Part shown: in pieces, positions 12,428 to 24,375 of the stretch
How positions within the stretch are numbered: position 1 is the first letter of the stretch
Layout of the letters: each line of letters begins with the position of its first letter
NCBI GenBank assembly: GCA_053919585.1
Contig: CM132807.1
Length of the DNA: 64,000 nt
Reading direction: 5' to 3' (one strand)
From: Euprymna scolopes
Lineage: Eukaryota
The notes under the pieces: model-generated
What the model was told of the DNA's origin: nothing
The model's input: the letters and a program-made list of their open reading frames with translations, nothing else
Databases searched by the model: none
Translations under genes and position numbers: made by a program

Positions 12428-12868
12428 TGTGGAAAAAATATAAGTTACTGGTTGCTCAGGAGAGAGGGGAGTATGTGCACTTACCTTGTTACTAACCAAA
12501 AGAGTTGTTGTTTCCTAGAAGCGTTATAAAGCTTTACCTTGGTCATGTGATGGTGATCACATGACCTTTTCAGACTTATAAAGGGAGGTAATAAAACTCT
12601 AGGGGGAGGTTACAATTTCAGTTGTATTTACAAATTTGCTGCTGAAGGTAACAATTTCAGTTGTATTCACCAATTTGCTGCTGATGGTTACAATTTCAGT
12701 GGTGTTTACTTTTGCTGATGATACTGATGATTACATTGATTACTTATTTTGTTAACTGACTGTCACGTCGCGGAAGAGGCAATTCTTTCGCAACTCTAAA
12801 GGTGAGTGTATCTTGCTTCCTTCTCGACTGAGCAGTCTTATTACTTCTTGGAAATTAAATTTTCCACA
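12428..12868 (+). repeat. 3' LTR of BEL/Pao family A
   Basis: Direct repeat of 6528-6970 with TG...CA ends. Confidence 0.97.
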
Positions 12869-12959
12869 GAATGTCTCCATTTAGTCTCTGAAACTAGTGG
12901 TATTCATAGGACTGATTGACTCCACTTTGTTCGAAAATAGGGATGGCTTGCTATTCATT

Positions 12960-15900
12960 CTCCTGGGATAATTGTATAGTGCTTTTTCCTGAGGTTGATC
13001 TCTATCGGGTCGGTTCTTTTCCTTTTCCTGGAGGACCGAAGTTGTCCGGTTACTTGTGTTACCACGTCGAACGGGTCAGATATGTTGCCCATTAATACTA
13101 CTTGTTCAACAGGCGGTTGTCTGTGGTCATCAGTTATACTTTTCCGACTTTCTGTTTAAATGTTTCTTCTGCGTAAATCTTCGATAATGTAGATCATCCG
13201 GCCGATCCTTTTCTGGACCTTTACTAGTTCCTATATTGCGCTTTTGTTTTTGTGTAGCTGGAAAAAATATATTTTCACCAGGTAAATAGCTCTTTTTAGG
13301 AACTATAGTATTTGACGGTTTCACCTGTTTTAGTAAAATTTTCTCGAAGATCAGCCTAATTTTCCCCGCGAACATTAACTCTACCGGCGACATCTTCGAT
13401 GGAGTCTTTTCATTGGGCGTAATTCGTTAAACTTGTATAAATTGTTGTAACGTTTTTTTACGGGGACGTTTCTGTAGCCTTATTCAGAGCTCTTTTCAAC
13501 TTGTCTACAACCCTCTCTGTCTGACCGTTCGATCGGGGATGATAGGTTAGCGCCGCCGATTTATCCGATTGAATGTTTTGTTTACTTTCCTTGACGAGAC
13601 TCTTCAGTCTTCCTTATTACGTCTTCCAAAGTTACTGGTAGTTCCTTGATCGTGTTATATCGTATTTGCGTATAGTAATTTTCACTTTATAGTGACGCTA
13701 TTACTGTGTCTTCTAGCGGTTCCCTTGATTTTGGGATTAATCGCGACAATCCGTCTGTGTGATTAACTTCATAGATGTAAGAAATTCCGTACCGAAATCG
13801 TAATTCAATAGAATTGCCTCCCATCTTTGCAGTCTGTTTGTTATGCAAGGATGTAGAACTCTTTTAGAGCTAAATATGGTTATAAACGGCTTGTGGTCAG
13901 TTTACGATTTAAACTTACGACCGATCGATGGAATTTTGTTACACCGAATATGGTCGCCAGTGCTTCTTTTTCGATTCTTATCGGCAGGAAGTAAAGATCT
14001 TGACGCATGGGCGATCTGCTTAGTGGGCTCATCAGGACTCTTGTGTACAATGCAAGTCTCTATCCCATAAGAACTTGCATCAGTTGCGATAATAATCTCT
14101 TGTTTTGGATTGAAATGAGTCAGGGATAAATCTGACGGTAATACATATTTTAATTTTTTTAAAGGCGGCTATGTTTTGTCCTTTTTATAATAATGCATTC
14201 AATGGTGCACGCAATTCATGAATGGTCTTAATGAAAATTGTATAATGGTTCGCGATCCCTAAAAAAAACTCTGCAATGTAGTTGCATTATGAGGTTCAGT
14301 CATGTCTTTTATGGTTGTGAACCTGTCTGGATCGGGTTTCCTCCCTTTCTTATATATGATCTGACCCAGGCATTTAATTCGTTCCAAAAACTAAAACCTG
14401 CATTTTCTTCTTTCAAGGCGAGGCCGTGTTCTTTTATTCTATCAAGCTTTTGAAATACATGATCTCTATGTTGTTCAACAATATAACTACGCAAAAGTAT
14501 ATCGTCCAGATAGTTCATTGCGAAATCTAAACCGTTTAGCAAAGTATCAATTACCTGTTGGAATATTGCAGGTGCAACTTTTATAAGAAATGCTAATCTA
14601 TTGAATTATAAAGTCCTTTGTGTGATGAGAGACACAAACGTTTCGAGCTATCTTTCTCTACTGGTATTTGTAGGTACGTCTCGCTTAAGTCTATTTTGGA
14701 AAAATATTTTTAGCCATTTAACTTAGCGAATATTTCATATTATGGATGGTAGCAGGTAGTGATGGTCCTTGAGCGCCGTATGTAATCCGATCGAAAATTT
14801 CGAGTATACCCTAATACCTTTAGATATTTTTTCACATATAGGGTGGGGGCTGACTAGTTAATAGAGGTAAACATCCCAGTGTTAAGTAGCCTTTTCGATT
14901 CTTTTTCAATTTTTCCATCGAAGCGAACAGAAGGCTCCGTGGCTTTTTGAATATTGGTTTTGCTTCGTCCAACAATTCGAATCTTGCTATAATTTTTGTG
15001 CAGCATCCAAGCTTTTCGGAGAAACCAATTGCGAAATATTTTTGAGATCCCCTTTGAGTTTGTCACGTCGGCCGTTAGCTTTTTGATTTTGTGACAAAAT
15101 CACTCATTGACGAGTCCAATAATTCAAATTCCTGAATCCAATAGGTCCCGGTTAATTTCGTTGCTTTGCTTAGAACGAACACGTTTAGATTTGCTGTCGT
15201 TCCTTTTAGTGACACATTAACACATAACTCACCCTCCCAATTTATTTTTTCACCAGTTACTATCTTGCGACTTTATTCGTCTTTGTCATCGGGGGATTTC
15301 CTCTTATCTTCCACGTGTGAAAATTTATATTTGAAAAATTCAACGCTAAATCGAGCTGCAATTTTACTTTTTTTTTTCTGATCCTGACCGTAACATATTT
15401 CCTATGTTCTCTGTTGGTGAAGGGTCCATATTTGCAGTCGTTACGTAGCTCTATTTTGTTACTTTTGCTCTCCAGAATGAGGTGCTGTGACCTGCTTGCT
15501 TAATTAGGACACATATTATTTTCCTTTGAAACTGACATGCATTTTACCCATGAGGTTCTTCCATTTGCTGCAAGAGGTCTTAGGATTTTTTTCTATTCTG
15601 ATAATTGTATGAAGGGTTTTTAGTCTCTTCGTTGGTAATTGCTGGCGGGCGGGTGTCCTTTATTTTAGAAAGTACATTTTTAATGTGATAAATACCTGTT
15701 CCTCTATGTTTCAGGAATTTGCTTCATTGTCACGAACCACTGACATTCTTCAGTCAGTTTCTGAAGCGTCAAATCAGGTTATAATTTCTATTTATATAGA
15801 TAGGCACGTCTTATATCGGTGTCTTTTGTGGCTATAAATCATTGTGTGAATATTAAACATTTGAAATTGTCCGCCGTTGATGACGAAAATTTTAAATCTT

Positions 15901-16662
15901 CACAGTGCTTATTAATATAAGACACAAATGTATAGTTCTGACACTCTTTACGTGTAAGATTAATGCATTTCCATCTTTTATGAAAAAAAACACCCTTCTT
16001 TTTGGACAGCATAACTCCATCAATAGTTTTACTGCCTCGTCAAACGACAATTCGTTGTTTTTTCTTAGTAAAATATAGTCCACCAATTTATTATGTTTTG
16101 ATGTACGTAACTTCTGTAGCAAATTTGATCAGCCAATGCACTGCAACCAATCTTAAAAAGATCTTCAAATCTTCTGAAATATGCCTCAAACGTTAGGTAT
16201 TCCTCATGAGCACAGTGAAATATATCAATAGCTGACCAGATCGCATTTTGGGAAAAGGCCGTGCTGGTTTCTTCTCCGCTCTATTATTCACTAAAACTTG
16301 CGTTATCAAATCCATGTTTTATCTGACTGGTATGTCGCTCTAAATGCATTTTTTTTCAATTCCAATATTTGTTCATTCATTTCTTTCCTTTCGCTTTCCT
16401 GTTTTTCATTGAAGAATTTCATAAATGTAACTGCTTTTCCAATTTGTGTTCGTACATCTTTTTCTTTTCTCTTCATCGTTTTTGTTCCAGATATTTTATT
16501 AAATTCAACTGTTTCTCTTCGATTTATTTCTGTATTGGCATTTGTTTCTCTTTGTTTTGTTTCTGTATTGCCAATTTCTCTTCTGAACATTTTTTCAAGT
16601 TATAATTGTTGACTTTATTGAAATTTCACCATTTCAAAAATTTGTTTCGCAAACTCGTCCAT
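12960..16662 (-). mobile_element. Decayed Ty3/Gypsy retrotransposon (gag-pol, Mag/K02A2.6-like)
   Basis: Minus-strand motifs: gag LQKLRTSKHNKLVDYIL..ELSFDEAVKLL; RT FSKIDLSETYLQIP and MNYLDDILL; RNase H ATDASSYGI; integrase HPRSNGQTERVVD and SPVELMFAGKIR. There are many stops and frameshifts, and the LTR pair is not resolved. Confidence 0.85.
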
Positions 16663-19454
16663 TTTAATTTTTTGGGAAGTATGGAATTACTTAATATGAC
16701 AAAACAACCAAATTCGTTTATTTACTTTTTCTATAGTACCAACTCTTTGAAAGAAAATAAGAATTTAGAGGGTGGGCCATTTTTATATGGAATTTCTATG
16801 CAAAACAATCAATATTCGAGCTATTCTAGCGTTTCAGGGCAACGTTTATATCTTGAAATCTAAATCTTAATATTTTTTTCGAACTTGAAAACTTCAGTGA
16901 CGACACTACACATTGTACAAATTTTTTACGATTTGATTGCTTTTAACTGAACCACAACATTTGTGAGGTGTGAAGGAGGTTGCCATTAATAAAAGCATAT
17001 TTTATATTTTTAAATAACTCAAATCATCCATTCCTTGTTGAAATTTGACTAACATCCTACGCAAGCTGGCGGCGGCGAACGAATGTAAAAAGTGGAACAG
17101 AAGGAAAATTCTAGCGAATCGAAGTTTGCTAGTCGATTTTTCCGCCTACAAAAAGAAAAAAAAACACTCCGACTTCTGATAACAACTAATGAGAAGCGGA
17201 TTTTTATTTTTGACTATTCTGTACTTGCTATCAATGTGATAATAATAAAATTAAATAACTAAAAAGTATTATTTATTTTAAATAAACTAATTCTACATAA
17301 CATTTCAATAGACAAAAGATACGGTAAAAATGGAATTCCATCGCTATTTTCTGCATAATTGCTTAAACAAAGTAATGGCATTGACAAAAAAAAACTTAGG
17401 ACGTTTTTTTAGAACGGTATATGTATTGGAGTACGGTACAAAGTTTACCACTAACAGCACCGGTCTAAAACTGGGCCCTTGATTGTATTTCTTTTAAAAG
17501 GAAGACTTTTTATAATTTTGGACGGTTAACAGGTAAACACAATATATATATATAATAGGGGGGGTTGCAGCTATTACGGTTGCCTTGATCAGCAAAAAAA
17601 AAAAGCTACCTCACTCAAATAAGGTTGCTTTTTATTGAGCAATATTATCTTATGATTTTTTATGTCTCCAGTAAACTAATGCATTTTGTAAGTCTACGAT
17701 ATTCTAATAGGTCAGACCCTGACCTTTTAGTGATGTTGAAAAGATTTTTAAATGACATGTTTTTGAAGTGCACACTTTTGCTAATAGTATCTAACATACT
17801 TTCCAACTTGAAGTCAAATGGCTGACGATGACCTTTTTCTTTGTTTTACGTTCTGTGTTCTGTCATTGTGTTAAGTCTAGTCGATTTGCGAAGACACTCT
17901 TTTTTACCGAATAGACGGCTGACTTTTAACACGAGACAATGTAAATCGATAAAAGAACACCGGTTTTCGAACTTATGTAGTTCTCATATTATTTCTTCTT
18001 AAAATTTCCTGATACATCTTTATATGTGTAAACAAAACTACAATTTAGAATGGATATATACACGCATGTGAAGTGAACTACAAAATGAATAAACTAAATT
18101 TTATGAACTTTATAACAGTTAGTTATATAGGCAGTGCGTTCAGTGTGAATGCTCATGAAAATAAAAGACACAATTTATAGTTAATTAGAATGGGGCAATA
18201 AAGACATAATTGAAAAAGAAGGTTATAGGTTTCACAGGAAAACAAAGCAAAATTTAAAATCACATAAAAGTTTATTTTATCTTCACCTGATGATGAAACG
18301 TAGCAAGGTAATATACATAATGCTTTAATACCAGAGTGCGTTTAAAAGTACATTGGCCTATTTCTCACTCAAAAAATTGAAAGACCACCAAAATGGAATA
18401 CTAATATTTAAACCTGCAATATTTAGGGATTCAGAATTTATTTTTTTTCATAATCACCACCATTCTCAATAGATTGTTGTCAGAAATTAAATGCGTATAT
18501 CTGTTCCTAAACCAAGCTAATTACAAGTGTCAGTACCTGTAGCAGAGTGATGAATTTAATGGTAATGAATAAATAAATAAGAGTTCATAACTGCTTAGTT
18601 TATAATATATGCTTGCTCTATTCGTAGGTATTGTGTGGCTCTAATGTTAAGAATTAATGCTGAAACTATAGAATGTTTGTTTGGAAATGAAAGGCATTCA
18701 CAGCAATAAAAATGTACTCCATTAAAAGAGGAACTAATTTTATTTTCTTCTAGACATAAAATATGCATTCATTACCTTGGTTCTTTCTTAAAATACATTT
18801 TCGATGATAAATATAAGAACTGAATTGTGTTAATGACGCTTACCAAACGATACTTGCTAAATTAAAAATCACATAACACTTTTCACAAGCTTTAGCACTT
18901 AAACATCAGATTCCGATTACAAAATTAGTAATCTACAAACGTTTAAATGTATTTTCAAATGACAATGCATAAAATTAACAACATTCGTCTACTTGCTGTG
19001 CGGATCGATGAAGAATAATTAATTTAATTAACGAAAGACACACTTTCTCATAAATTATATATTTAAAATATATATTAAAGCTATCGCAGTACATCATTAA
19101 AAATGAATACTTCTGAAAACAATTGATACAATTCCATATTTTATGCTAGGTATAAATTTACACTTGTGATTTAGAGAAAAGAACACATCCATAATTACAT
19201 TTCACAAAAATATGCCAGGCGTTCGCTTTGTATAATATAGTATTCTCGGCAAGATTTCCAACTGTGTTTCCTTTGCTGTGTTTGTTAAGAGTTTCTCGAG
19301 GGCTTACCACGATTAGATGCAAATAGCAATATTATAAACATGTAAATAAACAAAACTTCAGTTCGATTTTTTGTAAAGTAATACAGTTATTAATAAAGCA
19401 ATGCACCTATTCACGGAACATTAAATAGAACAAGACATTAGCCTATATATATAC

Positions 19455-19519
<65 letters not shown>

Positions 19520-19573
19520 GCATGTATATATATACCGCATTTATATAAGTTGATGTATTGTTCCATTTAATGT

Positions 19574-19632
<59 letters not shown>

Positions 19633-20959
19633 GCAAAACATCAATAGGAAAAAAAGTAAGTGTTTATATCATTTCTGTACTTATTTTCTATGTGTTGACC
19701 CGTTGTAAGACTAACGATCTTTAGAAGAAAAAACGAATGTGGTTCTTTCAAAAGCATATATTTTCGACCGAACCTTCGATCTCCTTAAGTATGAATGACA
19801 AAAATATGATTGCGGACGGGAAGGGTAAGCAGCAGAAGGGGTCCGTGTATAGCAAATAAGATAAAGATCTACATGAATATGACCCTTCCAATTTTATTGA
19901 CTGTCAACAAATTGTGGCCTCCATTCAAAACCAAGTCTTTCATAAAACGTTCAATTGGACACATACGCACCACACGCACACACTCGCATATGTGAAGTGA
20001 ACTACTTTATTGGGGAAACTGAGGATTAAAAAATTGTGATCGGATACTGTTTTAGATTGTCAAAGGCTGGACCTAAGATTTTATGGAAAACTGAAAAATA
20101 ACAAATTGTCGCCATTTACAACTGTGTAGCAGAGTTTGTTGAACTTTCGTTTTCAGCCCAAGAAGATTTTGTTTTCTAAACACCTATCTAAAATCTATTT
20201 ACCACATAATCGAGGTAAAAGAACATAAAAATTAATTGTGATAACCAAAGTAGTCTTTTATTAGCAAATAACTCTATGTATTTAAACAATCAAATAAACA
20301 ATGGCATGCCGTCCTCTTACAATTTACACGCTCTGCATATGTCCGTATAAAGTCCCGTACTGTATGAATTTGTGTATATATTAGTTGTGTATTCATAAAA
20401 AAGAAAAAGAATCTTAAACCAATGTATTAAAATTTGCATCTTTTGACACACACATGCTATATCAATATATTTTTCACAGACATTCTATATTTATATATTT
20501 TCTGACCTATAAAAATAAAGATGATTTCATATTAATCCGCACACTTCCACATACGCTTCTACAGTTTACAGTTGTGCGTACGCATGCACATGGATACTGA
20601 TTAATTCATGTAAGCCGATAAGATAAGCGGACACTTCTGACCAAAACTTGTTTACACACACGCATACACACATTTTTCAACTGCTTAGTCTTGATTCCAA
20701 TGCCTTTATTTAAATTAATAATGTTTTAAAAGTATATGAAGACCATTGTTCTTTGTGTTCATTATTTTTTATTTAATTTATTTCTACCTTTGTTACAACA
20801 AGGTAAAAAATCAGTGTAAACATTTTTTATTTCGGGCTACTTATGCATAACATTGCTCTGCCCGTCTGTGTTTTCATATGTCTCTCCCTTTCTTTTCCCA
20901 CACAAAAGCTCACTCATGTGTGCACATATATACTCATGCATGAATTTATATATGAAGAT

Positions 20960-22235
20960 GATTGATGATTACAAGATCTTTTCAGACGAGCGCCAATCCC
21001 TCCGACACGAAAATGACTTATTTAGTCCTGCCCGCAAATTCACACGCTCAAGCAGACATGACACCACAGAAGGCCATTGGTATGCATATATATATATATA
21101 TATATGTACGCATATATACATATACACACATAGGTACACATGCAAACAAACATATCTATGAACACATACGTATATATACTTTCATACACAATACATAATA
21201 CACACACATATACATACATATACATACACTTACGCACATGCATACACCAACATATGCATGCATACACATATATACACAAATATACAAACACAACCACACA
21301 TATACATACATATACACATGCAAACACGCACACATATGCACATATATACATACACATACATTTACANNNNNNNNNNNNNNNNNNNNNNNNNNNNNNNNNN
21401 NNNNNNNNNNNNNNNNNNNNNNNNNNNNNNNNNNNNNNNNNNNNNNNNNNNNNNNNNNNNNNNNNNNNNNNNNNNNNNNNNNNNNNNNNNNNNNNNNNNN
21501 NNNNNNNNNNNNNNNNNNNNNNNNNNNNNNCACAAACGTATGTAAATATATAAGCATACATACATACATACATATGATGATTGCAACGTCTTCTCAGACG
21601 AGTGCCACTCCCTCAGTCACTGAAGGGTCATAAGCCCGAAAATAACCTTCGTTTTTTTTAGTCCTGCCAGCGAATTCACAGGCTCAAGCAGACATGACAT
21701 TGAAGACGGTCCTTGGTATACATACAGATATTTACACATACACACAAACATACACATACATACCCATGAACATACACACATGCACACATCCATACATGCA
21801 TACACACAACACATATAACACATACATACAAACATATACATACACACATGCACACACATATACATATATAGTCATACACATATATACTACCATATACAAA
21901 TACATACATACATATACATATATATTTACATACATATACGGACACATGTATGCACATATACATGCATACACATAAAGTTACCTACATATACGTACGCATA
22001 CATATATATGCACATATACACATACATATATATGCATATACACATATACATACACACAAATATATATATATATACCTATATACATGCAAACCCACATAAA
22101 CATGTATACACAATAAATAAATACATACATAGATACATACATATACAAATAGGTATACATACACATACATACACTAGTAGATATATTAACATACATGCAT
22201 ACATACACACATACGTATGCATATGATGATTGCAG
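20960..22235. repeat. Complex tandem: ~130-bp conserved core alternating with CA/TA-rich low-complexity DNA
   Basis: The core GATGATT.CAA..TCTT.TCAGACGAG.GCCA.TCCCTC...TAGTCCTGCC.GC.AATTCACA.GCTCAAGCAGACATGACA occurs at about 20965 and about 21576, and its start recurs at about 22224. Confidence 0.75.
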
Positions 22236-23529
22236 ATCAATTATTACGTGCTTCCAGCATTTTAGGCCTACGCGTGCCACAACTTTTCCATTTTCACACA
22301 CTATTTTTTATAGACTAATGTCTGAGAGAGTATCTATACAAAGATGATGTTACAGAGTGTTAGTTATGTACGACAGCTAAATCTCTCTCTCGGTTCAAAA
22401 TTTTAGAGCCAGCAACAATCAAAAGCAGGATAACAAACAACAAGTTAAACTGAACCCAGCTTGATGCGGGTTCTGGTCTCCCGCTTTATGTTTTTTTGTT
22501 TTAATCTGAGAATTGCTTCTCCAGAAGGGGTTGTCTTCACCACGACTTACGGTAGCACTCTCCAACCTACATGCATATGAAAACAAATACATGCATGCAC
22601 ATATACATGTATACATAGAGAATGCACACAAACATACAAACACATGTATACACACATGAAAATATACACACATAGAAGCACGCATATACGCATGCACATA
22701 AATATGCATATACACATGTATACATAAACATACATGTAAAATAGACATTAAGGAACGTTCCAAAAGTTATGAATCCTCAATGATCAGGATGAAGGTGATG
22801 GGCAAGATTCAATGAGTTTGACATGGATAAAAAACAAAAAAAATAAAAACAAACAATTTGTAGAAGATACAGTCACTCGATGAAGTGTCTGTGCAATTTT
22901 ACAAATTTGTGAACATAGGATTCAGACGAATATAAATTCCAACAAGTTTGTACTGAAACCACCTGAATTTTGTTTATAAATAAAATGTTTATTTATAAGA
23001 CTCACACTTCTGCTTTATTTTACAAGTAAATAACTGTAGAAATTATATAAAAACAAATTCTAACTGATCAGTGCTTAAACGCCTGGACTTTTTTTAAAAT
23101 AAAAATTGGGATCATAAGACTCACACTACTGCTGTAGATAATGATGACGAAGATGATGACAAATTCCACACATATTTTCCAAATATGTGGACGTAGGAAT
23201 CGAAAGAAAACAAAATCTAACCGATCAGTACTAAAACGCAGTGAGGTTTTAACTTTAAAAAGTGTTTGCATAATACTCACACTTCTGATGTAGACAATGC
23301 TGATTATGAAAAATTTCACGCATTGTTTTACAAATAAATGGACGTATTAATCAGACAGTGGAATTAAATATACGTTGAATATTAACATATGTGGAAATCA
23401 ATTTAAAAAAAAAGCAACAAAACAGGCAAACTCCCAGTGAGGAATGCTTAGCAGTTCTTCCACTGTAAGAAAAATGTTTTCGGTTTGTTTAGTTTTTTAT
23501 AAAAAGAATAATCAGTTAGCTGTTCCAAC

Positions 23530-23788
23530 ATTTATAAGACCCGATATGTGGCTAATAAGTCTCAGGATGAGTTTCTTTCATATTGTATTCTTCTTTGTTG
23601 TGTTTTTTGCAGCATCTTATGTTGTCTATGCTGTGGTCCAGGAAGTTGTACTTAATTGCTATTGTGTGCTGTGCGGATTTTTCCCTGTTTGCTTGTTTGT
23701 GGTTTTTGAATCGTAGGCGGAACTCTCGGACTGTTTGGTCCACGTAGTTACCATTTTTGCACCTGGTGCAATATATTATGAAGAATAC
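23530..23788 (-). mobile_element. Penelope-like element, GIY-YIG endonuclease fragment (downstream half, split by BEL family B)
   Basis: VFFIIYCTRCKNGNYVDQTVREFRLRFKNHK is a degenerate GIY-YIG (IY..C..C...YVG.T...LR.RF..H). It joins in frame to 30345-30570 once the BEL insertion is removed. Confidence 0.75.
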
Positions 23789-24162
23789 TATGAGAATTTT
23801 CAATTGGTTGACTTGCCGACGGTAGGTCGGTGGGGAAGAAAGGAGTGCTGGTAGCTGTAACCAACAAGGCTAGTGGTCCGTTAATCAAAGAACCTGAGTG
23901 CCTATTCCTTACAAGTTAAATAGACATTTCAGTCACGCGTGAATCTCGTTGACTGAGAGTTGGAGTAGATAAAAGGGGTGGCCGCTATACTGTTTTTGTT
24001 GTAGTTGTTGCTGTCTTTTAGACAAATTACACTTCGACCATCGTTACCTATTTGTTACTTTTACGAGGAAAGACTAATTGTAAGCAACATCGACATTTCA
24101 TTGCAAGACTTAAACCGTCTTTTCTTCTCCCCCCCATACTTGTCGGTATGCTAATTCCGACA
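23789..24162 (+). repeat. 5' LTR of BEL/Pao family B
   Basis: Direct repeat of 29974-30344. It starts TATGAGAATT (the 3' copy starts TGTGAGAATT) and ends AATTCCGACA. Confidence 0.95.
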
Positions 24163-24164
24163 CA

Positions 24165-24176
24165 TTGCAACGAAAT
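24165..24176 (+). promoter_or_regulatory. Non-tRNA primer-binding site TTGCAACGAAAT, complementary to own LTR (putative self-priming)
   Basis: Lies 2 nt after the LTR end. It is the exact reverse complement of ATTTCGTTGCAA in the 3' LTR (30277-30288). The 5' LTR copy at 24095-24106 has one transition. Confidence 0.8.
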
Positions 24177-24375
24177 TACTTTATTTTATTTGGAGGAGGG
24201 TCTTTTTTCTTTATCCGCGTCAGCAACGCACGTGCTTTTATAAAACTGTAATGGGCGTCACCTTATGAAACAAAGTGTAACTGATTATTTTCCGGTTTAA
24301 AATACATACATTGGAACGAACTTGATTTCTCCTCTTTGGAGTTGGATTATTCTAGTGTACAACGGAATTCATAAC

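Larger units (their letters stand above)
6528..12868 (+). mobile_element. BEL/Pao LTR retrotransposon, family A (full length, decayed)
   Basis: Paired about 442-bp LTRs (TGTGGAAAA...TTTTCCACA). The internal gag-PR-RT-RH-IN has BEL/Pao signatures: LLDTGS, WIPHRPVLK..TTKIRPVFNCS, ADIRKAFL, FYVDNLV, FCDAS, LPTLEL, ENPADLITRG, TGVDF..DNAKTF..GGVWER. Confidence 0.97.
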
